DNA of 64,000 bases from Elusimicrobiota bacterium (GTDB lineage Bacteria > Elusimicrobiota > Elusimicrobia > UBA1565 > UBA9628): the NCBI GenBank assembly GCA_016218545.1, contig JACRDQ010000020.1, positions 34,455-98,454 of the forward strand, read 5' to 3'. Position 1 is the first letter of the stretch; each line of letters opens with the position of its first letter. Below, in pieces: positions 28,945 through 38,900 of this stretch. The notes below the pieces were generated by a model, which was given only the letters and a program-made list of their open reading frames with translations, was not told where the DNA came from and made no database searches. The translations under genes and the position numbers were made by a program.

Positions 28945-30213
28945 CTACCGGCTCCGGCGGCGGGTCACGGGCTTGTAGTCCGGAGGCGGGAGGAAGTCCT
29001 CGGCCGGGATCTCCTCGACGGAACTGAAGGCGTCGAGCTCCGTGTTGATCTGGTAGAACGGCACGGGGATGTGCTTGGAGACCTTGGCGGTCTTGGTCGC
29101 CGCGGTGTCGACCGCGCCCGTGACCTTCCTGCGCAGCTCCTCCTGGAACACGGCGTACTCGGGGTAGCGCCGCGTGCGCGGCAGGCGCTGGGAACGGGCG
29201 CGGGAGAGCAGGCCCCCGCGTTCCCCTGAGCCGTCGGAGCCTGCCATGCCGTCGATGATCCTCCAGTCGCCGCTGAAGTCGATGGGCCGGAAGTGCGCGC
29301 GGACCGCGTAGATGGGCGCCACGGGCACGAGCCGGCTGGGCCGGCCGGGCTCGCTGGGCCAGGGTGACCGCTGGATCTTCCCGGGCTTGCCCGGCTTGCC
29401 GGCCGGGACCTGGGGCTCGGCCGCGATGGGCTCGGCGTCCTTCCACCACGAGATGGAGCTGGCCAGGGGATAGCCCGGCACGTCCGGGAAAGCCTCCCGG
29501 ACCTGGGTCAGGAGCTCCTGGACCTCCCCCTCCGGGACCTTCAGGTAGGAGGCCACCTCGCGCATCTGGTAGGTCCAGTAGTCCAGCGGGGAGAACCTGC
29601 CACCCGTGGCCTTGCGATATTCGTTCTCGAAGGCGGCCAGGTCCAGGAGACCCTCCTGGAGTTCCCCGGTCAGCGGGGCCAGCCAAAGGTCCTGCTCCAT
29701 GCGGGCCATGCGCTCAAGCCCCATGCCTTCGTCGAGACGCACCTTGACGCCGATCCGGTAGTGCCCCCACCGGAGGTCCCCCACGTCGCGGTCGAGCCTC
29801 CCGCGCTCGACTTCGATCTGGCTGGAGACGATGTGCGCCTGGGGGGCCTGCGCCGCCGCGCCGGCCGAGCCCTCGTAGCGGATGTCGGTCAGGGGCGCGG
29901 TCTCGACGGTCCGGGCCTTGGGGTCCACGTGGAGGGATACGCCCCGGTCGAGGTCTACGATCTCGATGACCCGCACCGGGTCCTTGACGGCCTTGCGCCC
30001 CACCCTCAGCTTGCGCGCGTGGCCCGAGACCAGGCGCATCTTGCGGCCCGAGACCTGGATCCACGTCTTGCCGAAGAGGCCGTTCTCGCCGCCGCTGGTC
30101 TGGGACTGGACGATCTGCACGAGCGAGAGGTCGGCCAGGGCCGGGGAGGCCAGGGCCAGCAGGAGCGTCAGGAGGGCGTTCATCGCCAAAAAAGACAGCG
30201 CCCGGGCGTCCAT
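28945..30213 (-). CDS. Hypothetical secreted protein (DUF4412-like architecture)
   Basis: Signal peptide (ALASPALA), KMRL..IVDLD, GYPL and C-terminal IPAEDFLPPPDYK. Alternative start 30183. Confidence 0.6.
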   Translation of the reverse strand: MDARALSFLAMNALLTLLLALASPALADLSLVQIVQSQTSGGENGLFGKTWIQVSGRKMRLVSGHARKLRVGRKAVKDPVRVIEIVDLDRGVSLHVDPKARTVETAPLTDIRYEGSAGAAAQAPQAHIVSSQIEVERGRLDRDVGDLRWGHYRIGVKVRLDEGMGLERMARMEQDLWLAPLTGELQEGLLDLAAFENEYRKATGGRFSPLDYWTYQMREVASYLKVPEGEVQELLTQVREAFPDVPGYPLASSISWWKDAEPIAAEPQVPAGKPGKPGKIQRSPWPSEPGRPSRLVPVAPIYAVRAHFRPIDFSGDWRIIDGMAGSDGSGERGGLLSRARSQRLPRTRRYPEYAVFQEELRRKVTGAVDTAATKTAKVSKHIPVPFYQINTELDAFSSVEEIPAEDFLPPPDYKPVTRRRSR

Positions 30214-30237
30214 GCCCGGGCGCTGCTCAGGGCACGG

Positions 30238-30852
30238 CTACCGGTCCCCGGTCTCCTTCTTGGCCTTGGGGGCCGGGGAGGAGTCGGCGGCCTCCGCATC
30301 AGGCTCATCGGACTTGACCTCCTCGGCCAAAGTCTCGATGTCGGAGGAATACTTGCTGATCTTGCCCTTCAGCTCGTCCTTGAGGGTAGCGTCCCCGCCG
30401 CCGCTGTACTTGGCGGCCTCGCGGTCGAGGTCGTCGAAGGCCTTCTCCGCCCGCTGGTAGACGTTCTCCTCGATCTCCGCCTTGAGCTCGACCGCCTTCT
30501 CGTAGAGGCCCTCGAGCTTCTCGTATCTCCGGTCGAACTCCGCGACGGACAGGTGGCTCTTGTTGTGCATGTCGCAGAGGACCTTGTACCTGCTGATGAG
30601 CTGCTGGCTCATGCCGTTCCACTGGACCCCGGTCTGCCTGCCCCAGGTGACCTCAGGGCCGACCTTGGCCGCGAACGCCACGCTCATCTTGAAGCCCAAC
30701 GACAGCGATTTCTTCTTGGTGTCGTGGATCCGGCAGTCCAGCTTCTCCCTCTTGATCTTCTTCGCGCAGGCGTCGTCCACGCACATCGTGACCTTCCCCG
30801 CCCAGGAAGGCGAGGCGTTGAGCGCCAGGGCCAGCATCGCGATCAGGTGCAT
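30238..30852 (-). CDS. Hypothetical secreted protein with coiled-coil C-terminus
   Basis: Signal peptide (ASPSWA), four Cys, charged helical tail. GAGGAGG SD. Confidence 0.7.
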   Translation of the reverse strand: MHLIAMLALALNASPSWAGKVTMCVDDACAKKIKREKLDCRIHDTKKKSLSLGFKMSVAFAAKVGPEVTWGRQTGVQWNGMSQQLISRYKVLCDMHNKSHLSVAEFDRRYEKLEGLYEKAVELKAEIEENVYQRAEKAFDDLDREAAKYSGGGDATLKDELKGKISKYSSDIETLAEEVKSDEPDAEAADSSPAPKAKKETGDR

Positions 30853-30879
30853 AGCATCCTCCTCAATGATCCGGCCACG

Positions 30880-31914
30880 CTACTGCGGCTTGCCGCAGGA
30901 AGGGCAGAACTTGGCTCCAGGGGCGGTCTCCGCCTTGCAGTGCGGGCAGGCCGCGGGCCCCGCGGGTTTGCCGCAGGACGGACAGAAGCGCGCTCCTGCC
31001 GGCACCGCGGCCTTGCAGGACGCGCACGCGGCCCCCACGCCTCCGGCCGCGGCCTGGCCCAGGACCCCTCCGACGATCTGCCCCATGCCCGCGCCCGCGC
31101 CGACCCCCATCCCCAGGCCCATGCCCGCGCCCATGGCGCCGCCCTCGGCACCCGCCGCCTTCTCCATGGTGTCGAAGGTGCGCTTCGTCTTGTAGCCCTC
31201 GCCCAGGATGTCCATCTCGGCCTTGTCCGCCATCGCCTTCTTGAGGCGCATCACGCTCTCGTCCGTCTCGGGAGCGTCGATCGAGTTGACGAAGAAGTTC
31301 ACTATTTGGACACCGAACTTGGCGAAGTCGTTCTCCATCTTCTTCTGGAGGGCCTCGGAGATCTCCTCAAGGTAGGCGTTGATCTCCAGGATGGTCACCC
31401 CCTGCTTGATGACCGTCTCGGCCAGGTAGTCCTTGATGCGGGTCAGCAAGGCCCCGCGGAAGTGGCTGCTCAGGGCATCCACCGTGAACTCGTTCATGGT
31501 GCCGGAGAGCTGGACCACGAGCTTGCGCGAGTCCGCGACGCGCACGCCGAACTGGCCGTGGGCCCGGACCGGCAGGAGCACCTTGAACTTCGGGTCCTGG
31601 AGCTGGATCGGGGTCGTCGTGCCCCACTTGACGTCGAGGTTGACCGCCTTGTTGACGAAGTAGATCTCGGCCGCGAAGGGGGTCTTGTTGCCGAAGGGCA
31701 GCTTGATGAGGGCCCGGAGGAGCGGGATGTTGGAGGTCTCGAGCGTATGGGTGCCCGGGCCGAGGATATCGAGGAGCTGGCCGCCCTTGAAGAAGAGGGC
31801 CTCCTGGGACTGGTTGACGATGACCTGGGTGCCCCAGGTCAGGTCGTCGGGAGGGTGGCGCCAGATGAGGACGTTGCCCGGACCGTCGTATTTTACCCGA
31901 TCGATGATAGCCAT
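30880..31914 (-). CDS. SPFH (band 7, YdjI-like) domain protein with double zinc ribbon
   Basis: QVIVNQSQEALF..G, GPGTHTLET.NIP, KWGT..PI, GMGLGMG linker, and C-terminal CxxC...FCPSCG twice. Confidence 0.9.
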   Translation of the reverse strand: MAIIDRVKYDGPGNVLIWRHPPDDLTWGTQVIVNQSQEALFFKGGQLLDILGPGTHTLETSNIPLLRALIKLPFGNKTPFAAEIYFVNKAVNLDVKWGTTTPIQLQDPKFKVLLPVRAHGQFGVRVADSRKLVVQLSGTMNEFTVDALSSHFRGALLTRIKDYLAETVIKQGVTILEINAYLEEISEALQKKMENDFAKFGVQIVNFFVNSIDAPETDESVMRLKKAMADKAEMDILGEGYKTKRTFDTMEKAAGAEGGAMGAGMGLGMGVGAGAGMGQIVGGVLGQAAAGGVGAACASCKAAVPAGARFCPSCGKPAGPAACPHCKAETAPGAKFCPSCGKPQ

Positions 31915-31921
31915 GGTGACC

Positions 31922-32599
31922 TTAGCCTAGCATATCCTCCCCGGCTTTTTCAGGCGACCCTGCCCGGGCGCGGAGCCGGACCAGGACCGTCTGAAAATCC
32001 TCGGGCGGCTCGCACCGCACGGTCCTCACGGCCCCGCCCGCGGACCGGAAAGAGACCGAAAGGCCGTGGAGCATGAGGCGCGGAGCCCCGCCCACGGGGC
32101 GCTCCTTGCCGTAGAGCCGGTCGCCCAGGATGGGGTGCCCGGCGGCATAGAGGTGGACCCTGAGCTGGTGTCGGCGGCCGGTCACGGGCGCGGCCTCGAG
32201 CAAGGAGGCGTCCCGGAAGCGCTCGAGCACGCGCCAGCGCGTGAGCGCGTCCTTGCCCCCTTGCGCCACGCCCATGCGTCCGGAGCCGAACTCCTTGATG
32301 GGGCGGTCCATGGAGCCGTCGCGCTCCACGACGCCCTGGACGGCCGCGAGATAGGTCTTGCCGGTCTGCCGCCGCTCGAACTGGAGGCACAACGCGCGGT
32401 GGGCCGCGGGGTCCTTGGCGAAGAGCACGACACCGCTCGCGTCCCGGTCGAGGCGGTGGACCACGAAGACCTTGCCGCGGGCCGCCTCGAGCTCCTCCCT
32501 GAGGCTGGGGGCCGCAGACGCCCCCCGCCCGGGGATGACGTCGACGCCGGAAGGCTTGGCCAGGGCGAGGACGCCCTCGTCCTCGTAGAGGACCGTCAG
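31922..32599 (-). CDS. RluA family RNA pseudouridine synthase
   Basis: LYED, KPSG, VHRLDRDASG, K.YLA.V.G, TGRRHQLRVH, HPILGDRLY and LMLH. Start uncertain; the in-frame CTG at 32599 overlapping the galT stop is proposed. Confidence 0.9.
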   Translation of the reverse strand: MTVLYEDEGVLALAKPSGVDVIPGRGASAAPSLREELEAARGKVFVVHRLDRDASGVVLFAKDPAAHRALCLQFERRQTGKTYLAAVQGVVERDGSMDRPIKEFGSGRMGVAQGGKDALTRWRVLERFRDASLLEAAPVTGRRHQLRVHLYAAGHPILGDRLYGKERPVGGAPRLMLHGLSVSFRSAGGAVRTVRCEPPEDFQTVLVRLRARAGSPEKAGEDMLG

Positions 32600-33588
32600 G
32601 CCTCGACCGAGTTGAGGAACCGTGCGCTCTCCTCCGGCAGGGAGGTGTTGATGAACATCCCGGACCCGAGTTCGAAGCCCGCGGTCTTGTTGAGCCGCAC
32701 CACGAGGCTCAGGTACCAATGGAAAGCCTCGGTCGTGCCCCGGTCGAGCGGAGCGGACTGGATGACGTAGTTATAGGCCGGGTCGCCCAGGCCCTTGTCG
32801 ACCTTCCTGAGCACGCCCTGGAGGACCCCGGCCAGGTCTGTGATCTCCTGGTCCATGATGTCGCCGAAGCTCGCGGTGTGCCTCTTGGGCAGGATCCAGA
32901 TGTGGAACGGCGAGAGCGCGGCGAAGAGCACGAAGGCGGTGAAGTGCTCGGTGTCGGCCAGGATGCGCGCTCCCTGCTTGCGCTCCTCCTCGATCATCCG
33001 GCAGAAGACGCAGCGGGCGTTGCGCTGGTAATACTTCTCCGCCTCGTCCATGCGGTGCCTGATGCCCGAGGGCACGACGCTCGAGCCCACGAGCTGGCTG
33101 TGGGGGTGCTCCAGGGAGGTCCCGGCAGGCTCGCCGTGGTTCTTGAAGATGAGGGTCAGCGAGACCTTCTCCCGCTTGACGCATTCCTGGAAGCGGGCGC
33201 GGTAGACGGCCAGCAGGTCCTTCATCTCCTGGGTGGAGAGGTGCGCGGGATGCTTGGCGTGGGAGGGAGAATCGATGATGACCTCGTGGATGCCCTCGCT
33301 CGGGAGCATGTGATAGACGCCGGCCTGGGTCTTGGGGGCCGGCGCTTCCTCGACGAATGCAGGGAACTTGTTCTTGACGGCCCGGACCTTCCACCTCTTG
33401 GGTTCCCCGAGGGAGAAGACCGCCTCGGATCTATCCTCATTGCCCGGGCAGAACGGGCAGGCGGCGCTGTGCTCCGGGCCGGCGGGCCTGGGCTTGAGCT
33501 GGGATTTGAACTCCTCAGGCCTCAAGGCTCGCTCCGTGGCGACGATCACCCACTCCTTGGTGGCGAGGTTCTGTCTCAGTTCAGGCAT
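32596..33588 (-). CDS. galT: Galactose-1-phosphate uridylyltransferase (GalT/HIT family)
   Basis: R.LRP, CPFCPGNE, NKFPA, HEVII, FKNHG..AGTSLEHPHSQ, CVFC and AGFELGSG. Confidence 0.9.
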   Translation of the reverse strand: MPELRQNLATKEWVIVATERALRPEEFKSQLKPRPAGPEHSAACPFCPGNEDRSEAVFSLGEPKRWKVRAVKNKFPAFVEEAPAPKTQAGVYHMLPSEGIHEVIIDSPSHAKHPAHLSTQEMKDLLAVYRARFQECVKREKVSLTLIFKNHGEPAGTSLEHPHSQLVGSSVVPSGIRHRMDEAEKYYQRNARCVFCRMIEEERKQGARILADTEHFTAFVLFAALSPFHIWILPKRHTASFGDIMDQEITDLAGVLQGVLRKVDKGLGDPAYNYVIQSAPLDRGTTEAFHWYLSLVVRLNKTAGFELGSGMFINTSLPEESARFLNSVEA

Positions 33589-33627
33589 GTCTCCCCCTGC
33601 CGGCACCGGCAACCGCATTCTACAATA

Positions 33628-34446
33628 TCAGGAGTCACGGACGAGCTTGGCCTCCTCCGGGCCTTCGACCGGCACCACGACCCCGACCGCGGAACCCACG
33701 GCCACGTCGCTGAAGAGGCGGTAGCCCACCCGGCGGCTGACCGAATGGTCCGCGCCCCCGTGGGAGAAGCGGACCGTGAGCTCGACCTCTCCCCACGGAC
33801 CCGAGGAGAGCTGCCGGACCGAGGTCACGATGCCGCGGAAGAGCCTGGCCTGAGCGCGGCGCCTGCCGCGCGCCCTGGCCCACAGGAAGAGCAGCAAGGC
33901 CGCGGGCAGGACCGCGAGGACGAAGAGCCCCACGTCCAGGAGCCGGATGGGGAGCTTGCGCATCGCTCCGAGCACGGCCCCGGCCGCGGCCGCGGCGGCG
34001 CCGCCCGAGGCGAGCACGAAGGCCAGAGCCGCCACCCCGTCGGACCCGAAGACCGTGGCGGTCTCCATCTCGGTCAGGGGCCGGCCCTCGGGCCCCGGCC
34101 CCCCTCGAGCAGGGGCTGGGGCGACGGCGGCCTGGAGCTTCTCCACCTCGCCCGCGTCGAACCAGGTCCCCCCGCACCCCGGACAGGCCTCGAGCACGAT
34201 GTCGGCCGACTCGAGCCTGGCGTGGAGCATCATCTTCTGGCACCGCGGGCAGGAGAAGTCGGAAGGGGAGACCGACCGGAACGCCGCGCCGAGCTCCTCG
34301 TAGAGGCGCTGGGGCTGGCGCACGAAACGGTAGATCTCGGATTTGTCGAGCCAGGCTCCGGAGCAGGCCCGGCAGAGGTCCACGGCCAAGCCGGGGCCGG
34401 CCTGGACCTCGGTGAGCTGGGCGTCGCGGCACTTGGGGCACTTCAT
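33628..34446 (-). CDS. Membrane protein with two TFIIB-type zinc fingers
   Basis: CPKC...CRACSGAWLD.SE and CPRC...CPGCGGTWFDAGE, two TM helices, C-terminal beta domain. Confidence 0.8.
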   Translation of the reverse strand: MKCPKCRDAQLTEVQAGPGLAVDLCRACSGAWLDKSEIYRFVRQPQRLYEELGAAFRSVSPSDFSCPRCQKMMLHARLESADIVLEACPGCGGTWFDAGEVEKLQAAVAPAPARGGPGPEGRPLTEMETATVFGSDGVAALAFVLASGGAAAAAAGAVLGAMRKLPIRLLDVGLFVLAVLPAALLLFLWARARGRRRAQARLFRGIVTSVRQLSSGPWGEVELTVRFSHGGADHSVSRRVGYRLFSDVAVGSAVGVVVPVEGPEEAKLVRDS

Positions 34447-34477
34447 GGCGCTCCGATTATAATATATCGTATCCCCC

Positions 34478-35236
34478 ATGAGCGCGGTCCCTGCACTGCC
34501 CGGCGGAAGGAAGTCCCCGGCCCGCGTGGGCTGCTGCGGGTTCCCGGTGGCGCAGTCCACGTACTACGGGACCTTCGACGTGGTGGAGCTCGACTCGAGC
34601 TTCTACCAGCCCCCGAAGCCCGCCACGGCGGAGCGCTGGCGCGCCGAGGCTCCCGAGGGCTTCCAGTTCATCGTCAAGGCCTGGCAGCTCATCACCCACC
34701 TTCCCACGAGCCCGACCTACCGCAAGCTCGGAGCCGACCACCCGGCCAGGATCGAGCGCTGCGGCCACTTCCGGTCCAGCCCCGAGGTGCGGCTGGCCTG
34801 GGAGCGGACCCTGTCGCTGGCCAGGAGCCTCAAGGCCTGCATGGTCCTCTTCCAGACGCCGCCGAACTTCCGGCCCGACCCGGACAAGCTGCGGGACCTC
34901 TACGCCTTCTTCGAGAGGATCGAGCGCGGGAACTTCCTCGTCGCGTGGGAGCCCCGCGGACCGGGCTGGAACGAGCGCCTGGTCGGCCGCATCCTCTCCG
35001 ACCTCAAGCTCGTGCACGCCGGAGACCCCCTGGCGGCCCCTCTCCAGGGCCGCATCGGCTACTTCCGCATGCACGGCGCCTACGAAGAGGGCCGCATCGT
35101 CTACCGCCACCGCTACTCGGACGCCGAGCTCGCCAAGGTCGCGAGCCTCGCCCGGGCCCAGCCCACCTACGTCCTCTTCAACAACTCGGAGATGTTCCGG
35201 GACGCGGGACGCTTCTCCCTGCTCCTCCGGCGGTGA
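34478..35236 (+). CDS. DUF72 domain protein
   Basis: VGCCGF, VELDSSFY, KAWQLITH, LFQTPP.F, WEPRG, YFRMHG and YVLFNN. Confidence 0.9.
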   Translation: MSAVPALPGGRKSPARVGCCGFPVAQSTYYGTFDVVELDSSFYQPPKPATAERWRAEAPEGFQFIVKAWQLITHLPTSPTYRKLGADHPARIERCGHFRSSPEVRLAWERTLSLARSLKACMVLFQTPPNFRPDPDKLRDLYAFFERIERGNFLVAWEPRGPGWNERLVGRILSDLKLVHAGDPLAAPLQGRIGYFRMHGAYEEGRIVYRHRYSDAELAKVASLARAQPTYVLFNNSEMFRDAGRFSLLLRR

Positions 35237-35259
35237 CCTCCCTCCGACCGCGACCAGCC

Positions 35260-35970
35260 ATGCCGCCGACCCCGCTGCCGCAGAGGCTCGCAGACCTGCT
35301 CGCCCGGGACGATATCCATGGGGCGGTCCGCGAGTACCACGAGCTCCTCAGGACGGAGCCGGACCGAGACCGGCTCCGCGTGACGTTCGCCGAGCTCCTG
35401 GCCGCGCACGGCTGGGCGGAGGAGGCCTTCCAGCAGGTCCGCCGCTCCCTGCCGCGAGCCGAAGGCGAGGAGGGCCTCCTGGAACGGTGTCTCGCGGTCC
35501 TGGACTCGCTCGAGCTCCCCGCGGCCAGGGAGCTCGCAGCCTCATGCAGGACCGGCCTCGCGGACCGTCGGAAGCGGGCGCGCCGGCTGCTCCTCGCCGG
35601 GACGGGGCTCGGGCTCGTCTTGACCCTGGCAGCAGTCCTCCACGGGCTCGGCCGCGACGCGAAGCCGGGGCCTGAGCTCATCTGCCGCGAGTTCCCCAAG
35701 GGAGCTCCGGTCAACGGCCTTCCCGAGCGGGCCTCCCAGCTCGAGCTCTACCGTCTGGTGCTCGAGACGCTTGACGGAAGGACCGTCCTGGACAAGCCCA
35801 TGGCGGCGCTCACCCCTCAGGACCTGGCGGCGCTCCAGGAGCGTCTGACCGGGCTCGAGGGCCGGGCGGTCCTCACCAACCCTCCTTCCATCTCGGTCAA
35901 CCGGTGGTGCGTGGTGGAGTTCGCCGGAGGGCGGGTCGTCAAGTCGGAGTCGCTCAGCCACGCCCCGTGA
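35260..35970 (+). CDS. Hypothetical membrane protein (TPR-like N-terminus, one TM)
   Basis: 3' part of track ORF 32719-35970. Fills the gap after DUF72. TM LLLAGTGLGLVLTLAAVL. Alternative GTG start at 35233. Confidence 0.55.
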   Translation: MPPTPLPQRLADLLARDDIHGAVREYHELLRTEPDRDRLRVTFAELLAAHGWAEEAFQQVRRSLPRAEGEEGLLERCLAVLDSLELPAARELAASCRTGLADRRKRARRLLLAGTGLGLVLTLAAVLHGLGRDAKPGPELICREFPKGAPVNGLPERASQLELYRLVLETLDGRTVLDKPMAALTPQDLAALQERLTGLEGRAVLTNPPSISVNRWCVVEFAGGRVVKSESLSHAP

Positions 35971-35980
35971 CCGCCGCAGC

Positions 35981-38900
35981 CTAGGGGAGCCAGAAGTCCC
36001 GCGGATAGAGCCGCACGAGGCGCTCGCCTTCGCCGTTGGCCTTGAGGAAGGCCTCGTAGTCGTCGAGAAGCGGGGCCGGCCCGATGGCGAAAGCCGAGGC
36101 CCCGGGAGCGTCTGCGACCTTCGGCCCCAGCCCGACCAGCACGCGGCCGAGCACCGGCGCCAGGCGGCGGCGCACCTCTGCGAGGGTGCCGGGACGACGG
36201 GCCTTGGCCACGAGGCCGGACTTGAAGGCCCGCACGGTCTCGGAGGAGACCCCGTCGGCGAGGTTGGCGGCCATGGCGTAGCCGCGCGTGGCGAAGTCCT
36301 CGCTGCCGCGGTAGTCCCCGAAGGAGTTGGCCAGGGCGTACTCTAGGAAGAAGGGCGCGTCCACGGCCGCGGACGAGGCGACTGCGACCGCAAAGCCCAT
36401 GGTGGCGGCCAGGCTCGGGCAGCGCTCGGCGTAGTAGCCGAGCCTCCCGTTCAAGGGGCTTGCTCCCACCCCGTTGCCGTAGGCCAGGCCCTCGGCCCAG
36501 GTCCTCATGAAGAGGCTGTGCCCGGCCGAGCCGGCCAGGACGTTGGCGGCCAGGAAATCCACGAGGTCGGACTCCCCCAGGTCCCGGTAGGACGGCCCCT
36601 TGGCCGACATGACGAGGACCCCGGACTTGGTCCCGTTGTTGACCAGGGCCACGTGCACCGGCCTGCGGCCGTCGCGAGCCGACGGCTCGCGTCCGGCGAG
36701 CCTCGTGAGGACCACGGGTTGCGAAGGCTCCGCCGGGCCCGGGTCTCCTGCCGGGGCCAGGCGCTGCGCCGCGGCTTTGAGCCTGCGGAGGGCCTCGTCC
36801 ATGGCCGCGTCCCCGCCGGTCAGGCTGACACGGACGCGGCCTTTTCTCAGCACGAGCGCCCGGAGCTCCACGAGCTTGGCGATGGCCGCCCCGGAGCCCA
36901 CGCCCAGGTCCGCGGAGAGGGTCCGGGCCAGGCCGCCTAAGTCCTCGCGCCAGGTCTCCTCAGGCAGGGACGCGAGGTCCCACCTGAGGCCCTCGGCCAT
37001 CTCCGGGGGCAGCCCCCCGATGACGGCCAGAGCCTCCTTGCGGCCCTTGGCCGAGGCCGTTGCCGCGACCTCGGCCAGGACGGAGCGCAGACGCCCGAGC
37101 TCCCCGGGAGCCGGGTCTTCGAGCATCCAGCGCAGGCGGTCGAGGTGGCGGAGCTTGGTGAAGGGGCTGCGGATGCTCATCCACGCGGGCTGGTCCTGAT
37201 AGAGGTAGGCCATGGCCGGCTCGCGCACCCAGTACTCCTCCCGCTGCTGGGTCATGGTGCGCAGGGCCTGGACGCGCTCGCGCGTCATGTCCAGGAGCCG
37301 GTCCCGCGACCCGGACCCGAGCCCGCCGCGGAAGAGGCAGGACTCCATCCACTCCACGGCCTTGGCGACCTCGGCCCGGCTGGAGGAGGCCGCGGTCAGG
37401 GAGAGTTCGAGCCTCCCCGTGGCCGGGTTGGCCGCCACGTCGCTGGAGAGCTCGTAGATCTCCCGGCGGTAGCGCTCGATGGCGGCGCTGTAGTCCAAAG
37501 ACTCGCCCCCCGGCGTGGTGACGCCCGTGCCCGTGAGCGTGTCCGCGAGCAGGGGAAGATAGAGGTGGTACTCGGCCGGCACCCGCGAGAGGTCGAAGAA
37601 GAGGCCCATCTCCGTGAACGGCGAGTCGCCGACGCGGCTCAAGACCGCGGCTCCGATCCCCGGGAGCTCCCTCTGCCTGACCGCGAGCTCCGAATCGAGC
37701 GTGAGCGGCGGGTCCTGGACGAAGGAGGCCTTCTCCACCTTCTTGTCCCTCTCCTCGAGCTCCAGGGCCGCGAGGTCGCTGACCCTCTTCACGGCGGCCA
37801 GGGCGGCCTGGAGGTCGCGGCCTCCGGAGGAGGCCAGGGCCGCGGCCTCGAGAGCCTTGACGCGTCCGGCCTTCTCGCTCTTCTGCCTCTCCAGGAGTTC
37901 GTGGTCGGGCTTCAAGGAAGCGGCATAAGGCCGCGCCAGGAGGCCGGCCTTGGAGGCGGCTTCTGCCCAGACATTCTCTCCGGCGGCGATGCGGGCCGAG
38001 AGGCGCTCCACGGCCTGGGTCTGCGGCACGGACTTGCGGAAGCTCCGCGAGGAGGCGTTGAGCCGCTCGAGGTACTTGTGCCACGCCACGCCCCCGGAGC
38101 GCATGCCGAAGCGCGGAGGATTGTCCATGAACTTGAGGAGCTGCCTGCGCCGGGCGCTGATGAGGGACGCGGCCTTGGCCGCCACGGAGGCCAGCTCCGG
38201 GCTGCCCGGCTTCAAGCCTGCCAGCCAGGCCACGCGGTCATGCACGGCGCGGGCCAGGAGCGCGAGCCCCTCCCGTTCGACCCGGTCCGCAGGGAGGCCC
38301 GAGAAGCCCACGACCGGCAGGTTGGAGGGCGGGTCGTCGAGGTAGGCGCCCACGGAGGCGACCCCGAAATCGGCCTTCCTGGTCCGCCGGTCCACGGTGT
38401 CCTTGTGCAGGTAGGAGGTCTCCCCCCCCGCGAGCAGGTCCAAGAGCACGCCCAGGGCCAGGGAGTCCTCGGCGGACAACGACGGCAGGGGCCGCCAGGC
38501 CAGGCGCACGTCCTGCGGGGCCTCGGCGTCGGCCGAGGGATAACGGCCGATGCCCATGCTCCCCTCCTCCGCGGGCTGGAACGGGGGCAGGACCGCCGGC
38601 CCTCCTCCTCCGGCCCCCGTCTTGGAGAGGATGGCGCCAAAGCGCATGAGGAACGAGAATGGGTCCTCGTCCGCGGGCAGGGCGATCACCGCGTTCATGC
38701 CCGGACCGAGGCGGTAGTGCCGTGCGTGGAAGGCGCGCGCCTCTGCCGCGTTCACGGTCCGCATGGCGTCCGGCGCGCCCGCGAAATTGCGGCCCAGCGG
38801 GTGCCCGGGGCCGAACGCCAGGCGGCTGAGCTCGAACCAGCCGGCCAGGTCGGTCTTCTCCATGCCCGAGACCATCTCGTTGTAGACCGTCCCCTTCTCC

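Noticed and set aside
32719..35232. 5' part of the 1083-aa plus-strand ORF
   Set aside because: Overlaps galT, the zinc-finger gene and DUF72. Only the part from ~35233/35260 looks like a real protein.
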